In this document: in pieces, positions 38,175 through 47,099 of the stretch
Layout: each line of letters begins with the position of its first letter
How positions within the stretch are numbered: the stretch's first letter is position 1
Assembly: GCA_965227215.1 (NCBI GenBank)
Contig: OZ245729.1
Location: 1,328,419 to 1,392,418 of the forward strand
Source of the DNA: Gracilimonas sp.
Lineage (GTDB): Bacteria; Bacteroidota; Rhodothermia; Balneolales; Balneolaceae
DNA: 64,000 nucleotides
Reading direction: 5' to 3'
The notes under the pieces: generated by a model
The model's input: only the letters and a program-made list of their open reading frames with translations
What the model was told of the DNA's origin: nothing
Database searches by the model: none
Made by a program: the position numbers and the translations under genes

Positions 38175-38420
38175 ATGAAAACCATTGCCCAGCTTACGTA
38201 CATCCCCTTATCCGAAGAAGATCCCCGAGAAAAAGTACAAGAATTGCTGGAGCACCTGGCTCAATACGATGTAGAAATTGAGGTTGGCTACCTATCTACC
38301 ACCATCATCGGAGCTCCTAAAACGGTTTTTGAAGTAATCAAAGATCTTTACGACACCATGTCTCTGGAAAGCGAAAAGTTCCGTTTTCATGTAGAGTTGC
38401 TAAGCCCGGAGAAGGGATAA
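38175..38420 (+). CDS. MTH1187/YkoF-family (DUF77) thiamine-binding-like protein
   Basis: 81 aa. The ferredoxin-like pattern AQLTYIPL...EVGYLSTTIIG... is typical of the family. Confidence 0.65.
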   Translation: MKTIAQLTYIPLSEEDPREKVQELLEHLAQYDVEIEVGYLSTTIIGAPKTVFEVIKDLYDTMSLESEKFRFHVELLSPEKG

Positions 38421-38423
38421 ATA

Positions 38424-38502
38424 GGTTTTAGGGGCAAGGTGTTAGGTTTTAGGGGTCATTAAGACAACACTAAAACCTAACACCTAAAACCTCATCCCTA
38501 AC
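38424..38502. terminator. Word-like hairpin (family C) between convergent genes
   Basis: aaggtgttaggttttag pairs with ctaaaacctaacacc. It fills the whole gap between the stops at 38420 and 38505. Confidence 0.6.
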
Positions 38503-38504
38503 AT

Positions 38505-39836
38505 CTACAACAGTTTTGAAGCCAGATTAGCCAGCTCGGAGCGCTCTCCTTTTTCCAGGTTGATATGGGCATACATTTCATTGTTATTCATGCGGTCTAC
38601 CAGGTAACTGAGTCCGTTACTCTGAGCATCCAAGTATGGCGTATCTATCTGAAATATATCTCCGGTAAACACGATTTTGGTATTTACACCCGCCCGTGTA
38701 ATAATGGTCTTTACCTCGTGCGGAGTAAGATTCTGTGCCTCATCAATAATAAAAATAACATTAGACAAACTACGTCCACGAATATAAGCAAGCGGTACAA
38801 TGCGTAGTTTATCAGTCTGCAGCATTTCATCGATCTTCTTGAATTGCTTGCTTGTTTCTTTGTACTGATTCTTGATGAAGCTCAGGTTATCCCACAGCGG
38901 CTGCATGTAAGGATCGATTTTGGCGTTGGCATCGCCGGGAAGGAATCCAATGTCTTTATTACTTAGCGGAACAATAGGCCGGGCAAGATAAATTTGCTTG
39001 AAATTACTGCGCTGCTCCAGCGCACTCGCCAAAGCCAGCAATGTTTTTCCGGTTCCCGCTGCTCCCGTAATGGTGCAGCACATAATATTTGGGTTTTGAA
39101 GTGCATGCAGAGCAAAAGTTTGTTCTGCATTTTTTGGCTGAATGCCATAGGCATTATTTTTCTCAACCACTTCAACCTTCTTACTTTTGGCATTATACCA
39201 GCCCATTCCCGAAGAGCCGTGGCTTTTCATTATGTAATAGTGGTTGCAAATAGGGTCGGCTTCCATCAGTTCTTCCGGCTTAATCTTCCCTTTTTCATAA
39301 AACTTACTGACCACCGATGGATCTTCAATTTCCAGAGATGTTTTGCCTTTGTATAAATGCTCGATATCCTGAATCCGAATGGTCTCATAATCTTCTGATT
39401 CCAGATTCAGTGCCCGGGCTTTCAAACGCAGATTGATATCCTTTGAAACCAATATCACCCGCTGGTTTGGGTTTTCCTCTTTCAGGTGAAGCGCCGCATT
39501 AATAATACGGTGATCATTCTTGTCAGAGCCGTACACCTTAGTAGCATCCATTGAATTTTCGCCGTTCGTTACCACCCTGAGATTTCCATGCGACCTTCCG
39601 TTTAACGGAATCCAGTTTTGCAGCATGTTGGCATCCGAAATCCCATCGAGATACCGGATAAACTCCCTTGCATGCAGGTTAATGACGTTGTTCCCTTTCT
39701 TGAAGGTATCCAGTTCTTCAAGAACCGTGATGGGAATGGCTACATCGTTTTTTTCAAAATTTCGAACAGCTTCATAATCGTAAAGCAGAACAGAGGTGTC
39801 GAGGACGAAGATCTTCTTTGGTTTCTTCTTAGGCAT
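38505..39836 (-). CDS. PhoH-like ATPase with N-terminal PIN domain (YlaK-type)
   Basis: 443 aa. PIN start FVLDTSVLLYD, Walker A TGAAGTGKT, and the PhoH C-terminal block IVFTGDIFQIDTPYLD. Confidence 0.9.
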   Translation of the reverse strand: MPKKKPKKIFVLDTSVLLYDYEAVRNFEKNDVAIPITVLEELDTFKKGNNVINLHAREFIRYLDGISDANMLQNWIPLNGRSHGNLRVVTNGENSMDATKVYGSDKNDHRIINAALHLKEENPNQRVILVSKDINLRLKARALNLESEDYETIRIQDIEHLYKGKTSLEIEDPSVVSKFYEKGKIKPEELMEADPICNHYYIMKSHGSSGMGWYNAKSKKVEVVEKNNAYGIQPKNAEQTFALHALQNPNIMCCTITGAAGTGKTLLALASALEQRSNFKQIYLARPIVPLSNKDIGFLPGDANAKIDPYMQPLWDNLSFIKNQYKETSKQFKKIDEMLQTDKLRIVPLAYIRGRSLSNVIFIIDEAQNLTPHEVKTIITRAGVNTKIVFTGDIFQIDTPYLDAQSNGLSYLVDRMNNNEMYAHINLEKGERSELANLASKLL

Positions 39837-40086
39837 AGATGAGGGTGTTTGATTAGTCTTGCCATATGTACCAGCCGGTAGATGATTGTAAGAGCGGCTT
39901 TTATAATAAAGCTAAAGCCCACACCATTTGCAATAAGCCACTCTTATTTAATGGAATTTTAATGGAGAAATTGATAGTTGAAAGTTGATAGTGTGACAGG
40001 TTTTGCAAAATAATTTGTAAGGAATCCCCATGCACTGGCTCTAACTATAAAATCAAAATAACCTATACAGTTATAACATTTAGTGA

Positions 40087-40479
40087 ATGAGAGAAGACAC
40101 TACCAATAGAGATTAAGGAAGATATTGTTTGGAAAATGGAAGCTTACAGATTGAGTCTGTTTTTATCTGATGCTTGTTGGGAAGATACCAATCTAATTCT
40201 TGCAGAAAATAGATATTCACTTGCTGATCAACTATATGATCGGTAGGCTCAATCAGTGCAAATATAATCGAAGGATATTCCAGAATATCTAAAAAAGAAA
40301 AGGCCCGATTTTATGAAATATCATTAGGCTCGGCCAGAGAAGCAAAGGATTGGTATTTCAAATCCAGGCATCTGCTTACTCAGGAAAAATCTCATTCTAG
40401 GATTAAGTTTCTTACCTCAATAATCAAATTACTGCAAGCTATGATCTCTGATCAAAGATGGAAAAGCAGAAATACTTAG
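40087..40479 (+). pseudogene. frameshifted four-helix-bundle protein gene (23S rRNA intervening-sequence protein family)
   Basis: My own translation. Frame 1 (40091-40246) gives ..LPIEIKEDIVWKMEAYRLSLFLSDACWEDTNLILAENRYSLADQLYDR*. A shifted frame (40240-40479) gives SVGSISANIIEGYSRISKKEKARFYEISLGSAREAKDWYFKSRHLL...*. The only upstream ATG (40087) is in a third frame, so there are at least 2 frameshifts. Confidence 0.7.
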
Positions 40480-40494
40480 ATTACCATCACTCTT

Positions 40495-41262
40495 TCAACT
40501 CTCAACTTTCAACCTCCATAAAGCAATACTCACAGCAATGGCGGCATTCAGGCTCTCCACTTTATCCTGTCCCGGAGCCGACTCTATTCTTACTTTTTTT
40601 CTCTCGGAATTCAACAGGTTTTCACTGATTCCATTCCCTTCATTCCCAACAACAATTATGGTTTTTACTGTGGGTTGAACCGATCCGAGTTTCAAACTGT
40701 CCGCTCCGCCATCCAGTAGCAGAATTTCCCAACCTGATTTTTCCAATTCACTAAATATATCTTCTAATGCCCCATTCAGTACGGGGATGCTCCCCGTAGC
40801 TCCAGCCGTACTCCGTACCACTTTGGGGTGATATACATCCACACTTCCCTTTCCGGCAATCAATGCTTTAGCACCGAACCAGGCAGCTGTACGCAATATC
40901 GTCCCCATGTTTCCCGGATCCTGGATGGCATCAGTGGCTACAATAATTCCGGACTTATCAGCTAATGCATCCGGACTGATTTCCTCCGGCATCTTACAAA
41001 TCGCCAAAATTCCCTGCGGATTATCTGTATCTGCCACCTCAACCAACACGTTCTCTTCTATCAAAACACTGTTAGCTGACATCTGATTGCTGACAGCTTT
41101 CCCATCAACAACAAAAACAGTCTCCACTTCCACCAGTCCATTCTCCAAAACCTGCTCAACAGCACGCTCTCCTTCCACCACAAACCGTTGTTCTTTTTCG
41201 CGGTACTTCTTGCGGGCTAACTTTCGAAGTAATTTTATCTCATTATTTGATGCGTTTCTCAT
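40495..41262 (-). CDS. TrmH/SpoU-family RNA 2'-O-methyltransferase
   Basis: 255 aa. SpoU motifs IQDPGNMGTILRTA, VVGNEGNGIS and ESLNAAIAVSIALW. Confidence 0.85.
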   Translation of the reverse strand: MRNASNNEIKLLRKLARKKYREKEQRFVVEGERAVEQVLENGLVEVETVFVVDGKAVSNQMSANSVLIEENVLVEVADTDNPQGILAICKMPEEISPDALADKSGIIVATDAIQDPGNMGTILRTAAWFGAKALIAGKGSVDVYHPKVVRSTAGATGSIPVLNGALEDIFSELEKSGWEILLLDGGADSLKLGSVQPTVKTIIVVGNEGNGISENLLNSERKKVRIESAPGQDKVESLNAAIAVSIALWRLKVES

Positions 41263-41268
41263 GCTTTA

Positions 41269-41421
41269 AGAATACAGAACTCAGGAATCAGAATACAGCC
41301 TTTCTGGTCTAGCCTTTCCAGAGTTACTACTGTTTTCTTTAATCGAGGGCAGTTGGTTTAACTCTGAAAAGGTTAACTGATGAAGACTTTATTACTCCAG
41401 CATTCTGAGTCCTGTATTCTG
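41269..41421. repeat. Family D word-like inverted repeat in divergent promoter region
   Basis: gaatacagaactcaggaatcagaatacag (41269-41297) ... cattctgagtcctgtattctgagtcc (41401-41426). It shares an exact 20-mer with 5256-5275. Confidence 0.55.
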
Positions 41422-41470
41422 AGTCCTTACTTGCCTATCTTCAGCAAAAAATAAGAGCAAAATTATCATT

Positions 41471-42979
41471 ATGGAATTTCTGAAGACATTAGGTATTGAA
41501 GGTATTAATCCCGGAACCAGCACCGGCCGCAAGCATTACGAGAGTAAAGAAACCATTAGTAGCTTTACTCCTTCTGATGGCGAAAAAATAGCTACCGTTG
41601 GCGTAACTACCCGCGAGCAATACGATCAAATTGTGGAAGAAGCTCAAACAGCATATAAAGTTTGGAGCCAAATGCCGGCACCCCAACGGGGCGAAATTGT
41701 GCGCCAGATCGGCCAGAAGTTACGTGAGTACAAAGAGCCCCTCGGAAAACTGGTTACTTACGAAATGGGTAAAATTTACCAGGAAGGACTGGGTGAAGTT
41801 CAGGAAATGATTGACATCTGTGATTTTGCCGTGGGGCAGTCGCGCATGCTGTATGGTAAAACCATGCACAGTGAACGCCCTCAGCACCGCATGTATGAGC
41901 AGTGGCATCCGCTGGGGATTGTTGGGATTATCTCCGCGTTCAATTTTCCTGTTGCGGTGTGGAGCTGGAACGCTATGATCGCTGCCGTTTGCGGAAACGT
42001 GATGATCTGGAAAGGTTCTGAAAAAACTCCACTTTGTGGAGTGGCCGTTCAAAAGATTGTAGCCAAGGTGTTGAAAGAGAACGATCTCCCTGAAGGGATT
42101 TTTAACCTGGTTACCGGAGATCGGGAAGTTGGGAAATGGATGACCGAAGACGATCGAATTCCTTTAATTTCAGCAACCGGCTCTATCAGAATGGGTAAAG
42201 AAGTTGCCAAAACCGTGGGCGGCCGATTAGGAAAAACCATACTTGAGTTGGGTGGTAACAACGCCATCATTATTTCTGAAGACGCCGATATCGAAATGGC
42301 GATCCGTGCTACCGTTTTTGGAGCTGTGGGTACCTGCGGTCAGCGCTGTACCAGTACGCGCCGGCTTATCGTTCAGGAATCGGTTTACGATCAGGTAAAA
42401 GACCGCTTGCTCAGTATTTATGAAAATATCACTATTGGTGACCCGCTTGATGAGAATACCCTGGTTGGGCCGATGATCGATCAGGATGCCGTTGACCAAA
42501 TGCAGAAAGCCCTGAAGGAAGTTGAGAAGGAAGGTGGAAAAGTCATAACCGGTGGTGAGCCTCTGGACGAAGATGGTTTTTATGTGAAGCCGGCTATCGC
42601 CGAAGCTGAAAACCATTACAACATTGTACAGGAAGAAACCTTTGCCCCTATTCTTTACCTCATCAAATACAAAACGCTGGATGAAGCCATCGAGCTGCAC
42701 AATGGTGTGAAGCAGGGACTAAGTTCCGCTATGTTTACCCTGAACATGCGTGAAGCCGAAAACTTCCTGAGTGCACGCGGCTCGGATTGCGGAATCGCCA
42801 ACATCAACATTGGAACCAGCGGGGCTGAAATTGGCGGTGCTTTCGGTGGAGAGAAAGAAACCGGGGGCGGACGTGAATCCGGCTCCGATGCCTGGAAGGC
42901 CTACATGCGTCGCCAAACCAACACCATGAACTGGGGTGATTCGTTGCCGTTGGCACAGGGCATCGATTTTGATGTTTAA
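41471..42979 (+). CDS. aldehyde dehydrogenase, ALDH7/antiquitin-like (alpha-aminoadipic/piperideine-6-carboxylate semialdehyde dehydrogenase type)
   Basis: 502 aa. GEVQEMIDICDFAVGQSRMLYG (ALDH7 signature region), ELGGNNA and GTCGQRCTS catalytic Glu/Cys motifs. Confidence 0.8.
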   Translation: MEFLKTLGIEGINPGTSTGRKHYESKETISSFTPSDGEKIATVGVTTREQYDQIVEEAQTAYKVWSQMPAPQRGEIVRQIGQKLREYKEPLGKLVTYEMGKIYQEGLGEVQEMIDICDFAVGQSRMLYGKTMHSERPQHRMYEQWHPLGIVGIISAFNFPVAVWSWNAMIAAVCGNVMIWKGSEKTPLCGVAVQKIVAKVLKENDLPEGIFNLVTGDREVGKWMTEDDRIPLISATGSIRMGKEVAKTVGGRLGKTILELGGNNAIIISEDADIEMAIRATVFGAVGTCGQRCTSTRRLIVQESVYDQVKDRLLSIYENITIGDPLDENTLVGPMIDQDAVDQMQKALKEVEKEGGKVITGGEPLDEDGFYVKPAIAEAENHYNIVQEETFAPILYLIKYKTLDEAIELHNGVKQGLSSAMFTLNMREAENFLSARGSDCGIANINIGTSGAEIGGAFGGEKETGGGRESGSDAWKAYMRRQTNTMNWGDSLPLAQGIDFDV

Positions 42980-42996
42980 TTATTCCTATTGAAACA

Positions 42997-43026
42997 CGTA
43001 AAGACACAAGATTTTGTGTCTTTACG
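42997..43026 (+). terminator. Perfect 13-bp hairpin (family E) after the ALDH gene
   Basis: cgtaaagacacaa-gatt-ttgtgtctttacg, followed by a T-rich tail. The loop and 20-nt core are the same as 26101-26128. Confidence 0.7.
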
Positions 43027-43045
43027 TTATATCCTAAGAATAATT

Positions 43046-43549
43046 ATGAACACAACAGAAGAGTTAATCACCCATTTCGACCTTCGGGAACACCCTGAAG
43101 GCGGATATTTCAAAGAGACTTATCGAAGTGAAGGCAGCATTCCCGAAGCCGTTTTCCCGGAAACTTTTGAGGGAAGTCGTAACTACTGCACGGGTATTTA
43201 TTTTCTGTTGACTTCAGATACTTTTTCTGCTTTTCATAGAATCAGGCAGGATGAGATGTGGCATTTTTATCAGGGTTCGCCGCTTACCATTCATATGATC
43301 AGCCCGGATGGCAGCTACTCCAAACAAGTGGTTGGCTTGGATTTTGAAAATGGAGCACTTCCTCAATTCACTGTACCCAAAGAACATTGGTTTGCAGCTG
43401 AAGTCAACCAACCAAACAGTTATTCATTTGTAGGCTGCACCGTTTCTCCCGGCTTTGATTTCCGGGATTTTGAGTTGGCTACAGAAGAAAGTCTGATCAG
43501 CTTATTCCCCCAGCATAATGAGATAATTACCCGGTTAACCCGAGGCTAA
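43046..43549 (+). CDS. cupin-fold protein (DUF985-like)
   Basis: L.EHPEGGYFKETYRS...YFLL...FHR...DEMWHFYQG. I prefer the ATG at 43046, because the track's TTG at 42989 lies inside the upstream hairpin. Confidence 0.75.
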   Translation: MNTTEELITHFDLREHPEGGYFKETYRSEGSIPEAVFPETFEGSRNYCTGIYFLLTSDTFSAFHRIRQDEMWHFYQGSPLTIHMISPDGSYSKQVVGLDFENGALPQFTVPKEHWFAAEVNQPNSYSFVGCTVSPGFDFRDFELATEESLISLFPQHNEIITRLTRG

Positions 43550-43561
43550 TCCTGTTTTCAG

Positions 43562-46126
43562 CTATTTAACAAGCGTAAGCTTTCGTGTGAGGGTTTCATT
43601 ACCAACATCCAGTTTATACAAATAAACCCCGCTCGAAAATTTTCCGGGCGATGCATCCCAACTCAATGTATGCGTTCCCTGTGGCTTCACTCCATTTTCC
43701 AACACGGCTACTTCTCTTCCCATGATGTCATATACCGCAAGCTTAACCCTACCCGGTTTATCTAAGCGGTAGGAAATAGTGGTGGTCGGGTTAAATGGGT
43801 TTGGATAATTCTGATACAGCGCAAAGCCTTCGGCACCTTCTTCCGGCTCCTCTTTCTCAGTGGCTACCAACACTCCGCTGTTTTCTGCTCCCGGCGTTCC
43901 ATGGCCAACCGAAGCGGCCCAGTTTTCAGCCTTCGAATTATCCAACCTGGGATGGGTTAATGAAAGAGTAGCTCCTTGTCCATCCGCTTCTGCCGGCCAG
44001 GGCGGGTCATCGCTATAGGTTACCTGATCCACGATTTCACCATTATTACTAAATAGACGAAGAAGTTCTCCGCTTCCGGCAAAACCAAAATCAATATCTC
44101 CCACATAATTATTCACCTCAGGAAACAGGGAAGTAAAACTTACACTATCGCGGGTGAGCACCAAAAACCCATCGCTTTCCAATATGGTCCCCTCGGCAAA
44201 AGTAAATACATGCTCATCATCTGAATCTGAGAAATACCATCCGCCCAAATCAATATTGGTGTCAGTGTTATTATAAAACTCAACCCAGTCTTCGGTGTCA
44301 AAGTCTTCAGCTGAGTTATAGTTTATCTCATTAATCACGACCGGAGTATCTTCGGAAAGGTTATTTCGTTCGAAAACAGCCATTAACGAAGCTTCACTTT
44401 CAATGGTGATTTCTGTTTCGCTAAACGTACCTGAAGCTGCACCGCTCCAGCCTACAAAGGAGTAGCCGGGAGCCGGAATTGCTTTGATAGTGGCTGGTAT
44501 GGATTTATAGATCAAAATCCAATCGGTAGTATCCGACCGAACGGTTTCAACAGTTACAGCTCCGCCTTCTGCGGGACTGGAGGAGACTTCAAGTTTGCTT
44601 ACTCCCGAAAGGTCAAAGAAATCCTGAAGGTGTGTCCGCGCTTTGGTTTGCCGGTTCCGAACAAAGAACTTCATTTTCTCAATGTGTTTTTCCCAGTTCA
44701 TATCCGAACCCAGCCGAAGTGACTTTTCCCATCGGTCCATGTGCCGGGGAACTTCAGACTCTATGAGTGATGCCGTACTGTCTATAACCCCCAAAAGCCG
44801 CCCCGGTGAAAAAGAGGACTGTATGTGGATACTGTAACGCTGAATAAATTTATTCCTGAAAGTTTCATTGGTTAGCAAACTTCTAAATAAGAAGGTCGAC
44901 CACTCCGGGTTTGCATAATAAATAGTATTGGTTGTCGCTATTAAATCCAGACTGTTGGTATCGTCTTGTCCATAGGAGTGGCTGTTCATCGTCATATCCA
45001 TGTCGTACATAATCCACCGCCACTTACCATCCGCACTTTGAGGCCTCCAGTACCTGATATTGTTCGCCGGCCAGTCTCCATTCGCCATATAAATCTGAGC
45101 GAGCACATAGTCGATATACTGATCGATGTTCATTTGCCTGCTCACCCAGTCAAAATTTTCCTGAACGGACAGGTCGTTATTCTTCACGAAGTCTATCATA
45201 GCCTGATAGTGTGTATCTGATCCTTCTTTCACATCTGCATTACCGGTGAGGATGTCGAGTTCATTTTCATCATAGCCGTAATTCGACTCGATAAAATCCT
45301 CATTCTGTTTCTCACGCAGGATGTGTATCCCCCAATATTCCCCATTCAGAAAAACGGTAACCGGCTTAAAAGCCTGATACCCTAAATCCATCCGACCTTT
45401 CATCATTGCCTGTATGGATGCATTTCTAATCATGGCTCTGTACCAATCCTGACCACCGCTTCTTAAGGCTAATCGATCAAACTCTGTAAAGGGCTTGTCT
45501 TCAAAAAGCGGATAATTCAGTTTCTTGAGGTCATAATCTCCCCGAAAGTAAATATCCAGTGACTTTTGATCATACAAACGGGTACAACCTCCCCCAATTT
45601 TCACTCCGGCGTTTACGCTAAACCCTGATGTCCGGTCTTTTTCGAAAAACGTAAGATGGACAGGCCGTTCCCAGTCCTGGTTCCAGTTTTTGGGAGTACT
45701 TCTGCAGTTTCCGGGAATACCGTTGGTACCTTCCACATAAATACCAGCGCTGTCGGAGAAAAAGCCGCCAGGATTCGTTGTAATGGAAAGTATCGGCAGT
45801 TCGGTAGGTTCGTCTATAAAATAGGACCTGAAGTAGAACGAGGTGTCTGCATTGTTCTCGTTCAAAACCATTGCCCGTAAAACGGAAGTCCGTTTTATAA
45901 CCACTGAATCCTGAAAAAGCATACCTGAAGTATCTGGAAATGCCCCGTCAAGTGTGTAAAAAATAGATGAAGAATCGGACACATCCTCCATCTTTACAAC
46001 AATTGAATCAGAATAAAAACCGCTCTCCGTTATGTGTGAGGTAGTGGGGGATTGAGCCTGAATTTGTGTAAACGAACAGAAAGCGATTAGAAATATAACC
46101 GGGCAAAAATATTGTAGTCGGGACAT
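43562..46126 (-). CDS. CotH kinase-family protein fused to a lamin-tail domain and a T9SS type-A C-terminal sorting domain
   Basis: 854 aa with a signal peptide. CotH-like core (YFRGDYDLKKLNYPLF...LRSGGQDW...). LTD: VVINEINYNSAEDFDTEDWVEFYNNTDTNIDLGGWYFSD...TPGAEN. C-terminal YQNYPNPFNPTTTISYRL...GVYLYKL.... Confidence 0.8.
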   Translation of the reverse strand: MSRLQYFCPVIFLIAFCSFTQIQAQSPTTSHITESGFYSDSIVVKMEDVSDSSSIFYTLDGAFPDTSGMLFQDSVVIKRTSVLRAMVLNENNADTSFYFRSYFIDEPTELPILSITTNPGGFFSDSAGIYVEGTNGIPGNCRSTPKNWNQDWERPVHLTFFEKDRTSGFSVNAGVKIGGGCTRLYDQKSLDIYFRGDYDLKKLNYPLFEDKPFTEFDRLALRSGGQDWYRAMIRNASIQAMMKGRMDLGYQAFKPVTVFLNGEYWGIHILREKQNEDFIESNYGYDENELDILTGNADVKEGSDTHYQAMIDFVKNNDLSVQENFDWVSRQMNIDQYIDYVLAQIYMANGDWPANNIRYWRPQSADGKWRWIMYDMDMTMNSHSYGQDDTNSLDLIATTNTIYYANPEWSTFLFRSLLTNETFRNKFIQRYSIHIQSSFSPGRLLGVIDSTASLIESEVPRHMDRWEKSLRLGSDMNWEKHIEKMKFFVRNRQTKARTHLQDFFDLSGVSKLEVSSSPAEGGAVTVETVRSDTTDWILIYKSIPATIKAIPAPGYSFVGWSGAASGTFSETEITIESEASLMAVFERNNLSEDTPVVINEINYNSAEDFDTEDWVEFYNNTDTNIDLGGWYFSDSDDEHVFTFAEGTILESDGFLVLTRDSVSFTSLFPEVNNYVGDIDFGFAGSGELLRLFSNNGEIVDQVTYSDDPPWPAEADGQGATLSLTHPRLDNSKAENWAASVGHGTPGAENSGVLVATEKEEPEEGAEGFALYQNYPNPFNPTTTISYRLDKPGRVKLAVYDIMGREVAVLENGVKPQGTHTLSWDASPGKFSSGVYLYKLDVGNETLTRKLTLVK

Positions 46127-46226
46127 GATGATAAAGCTATTGGCATATTGAGGCCTGTAATTAAAGACCTTTTCAGAAGAAAGGTGTGAAATAAAATGTA
46201 ATATAATTTATGCCGGTCTGCACTTT

Positions 46227-47093
46227 CTACCCAAAAAACTTCAGCCAGCCTAAGGTTACAAACAATAAGATGAGTCGGTAAGACTGAATAAGGGGAACAA
46301 AGGCAGCATTCAATAAAATTACTTTTATCCCTTTCTTTAAAATACTTCCTGCAAAAAAATCTCTGTACAGAAAGAAGGCATACACATTTAAGATCAACAT
46401 CACAGTAACTGAAAGGCTCATCTCAGTCACTAATTCCATCATCCCACCAATCTCAAAATACGTTGCTATCAGTTTGTAAGATCCGGGAAGGACGGAGCAT
46501 AGAACGAATACCAAAAATCCACTCAGCACTAAACTATAATTGATGTGATCCAGCAAAGGCTTTTTTTCTCTTTCACTCAGATTAAGTACCCAGGTAGCTA
46601 CTGAAAAAAGCAGTGGAAGAATTACAAGCAGTGCCTTTGAAAGTATTTGGGTGAGCTCATTGTATTCCAAAGCAAACTCTGAATAACTTAACCCGGATGC
46701 AGCAATGAATGAGGTTATAAAGCCTTCTGTGTACTCGCTGTAAGGAAGCCTGTTTAGCTGCGTGTGCAATGTAGTTTTGAAAGTATCTACCGCAGGAAAT
46801 ATGAAGTAAAAGGCGTTGGCAAGAATGAAAAGCTTAATGGGAGACAAGTACTTTTTCCGAGCCCCCTTTATATACTCTGTAATATATATTTTTGGCCTGG
46901 CTAGAAAAGCCTTGAATGTATTCAGAAAACTGTTTTCAAAATTCAGCCAGCCATTTACAAACTCATTGAAAAGAACCGTAACCCTGTGATCTTTCTCCGA
47001 TAATTTTCGCTGACCACATTCCGGGCAATATGAGGTATTAAATGGCTTTTGGCCACAGTTTGGGCATTTTTGTGTATCAACCAATTCTGACAT
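46227..47093 (-). CDS. DUF3667-like membrane protein with N-terminal double zinc-ribbon
   Basis: 288 aa. CPNCGQ...YCPECGQ followed by about 5 TM helices. Confidence 0.65.
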   Translation of the reverse strand: MSELVDTQKCPNCGQKPFNTSYCPECGQRKLSEKDHRVTVLFNEFVNGWLNFENSFLNTFKAFLARPKIYITEYIKGARKKYLSPIKLFILANAFYFIFPAVDTFKTTLHTQLNRLPYSEYTEGFITSFIAASGLSYSEFALEYNELTQILSKALLVILPLLFSVATWVLNLSEREKKPLLDHINYSLVLSGFLVFVLCSVLPGSYKLIATYFEIGGMMELVTEMSLSVTVMLILNVYAFFLYRDFFAGSILKKGIKVILLNAAFVPLIQSYRLILLFVTLGWLKFFG

Positions 47094-47099
47094 GGTTGA

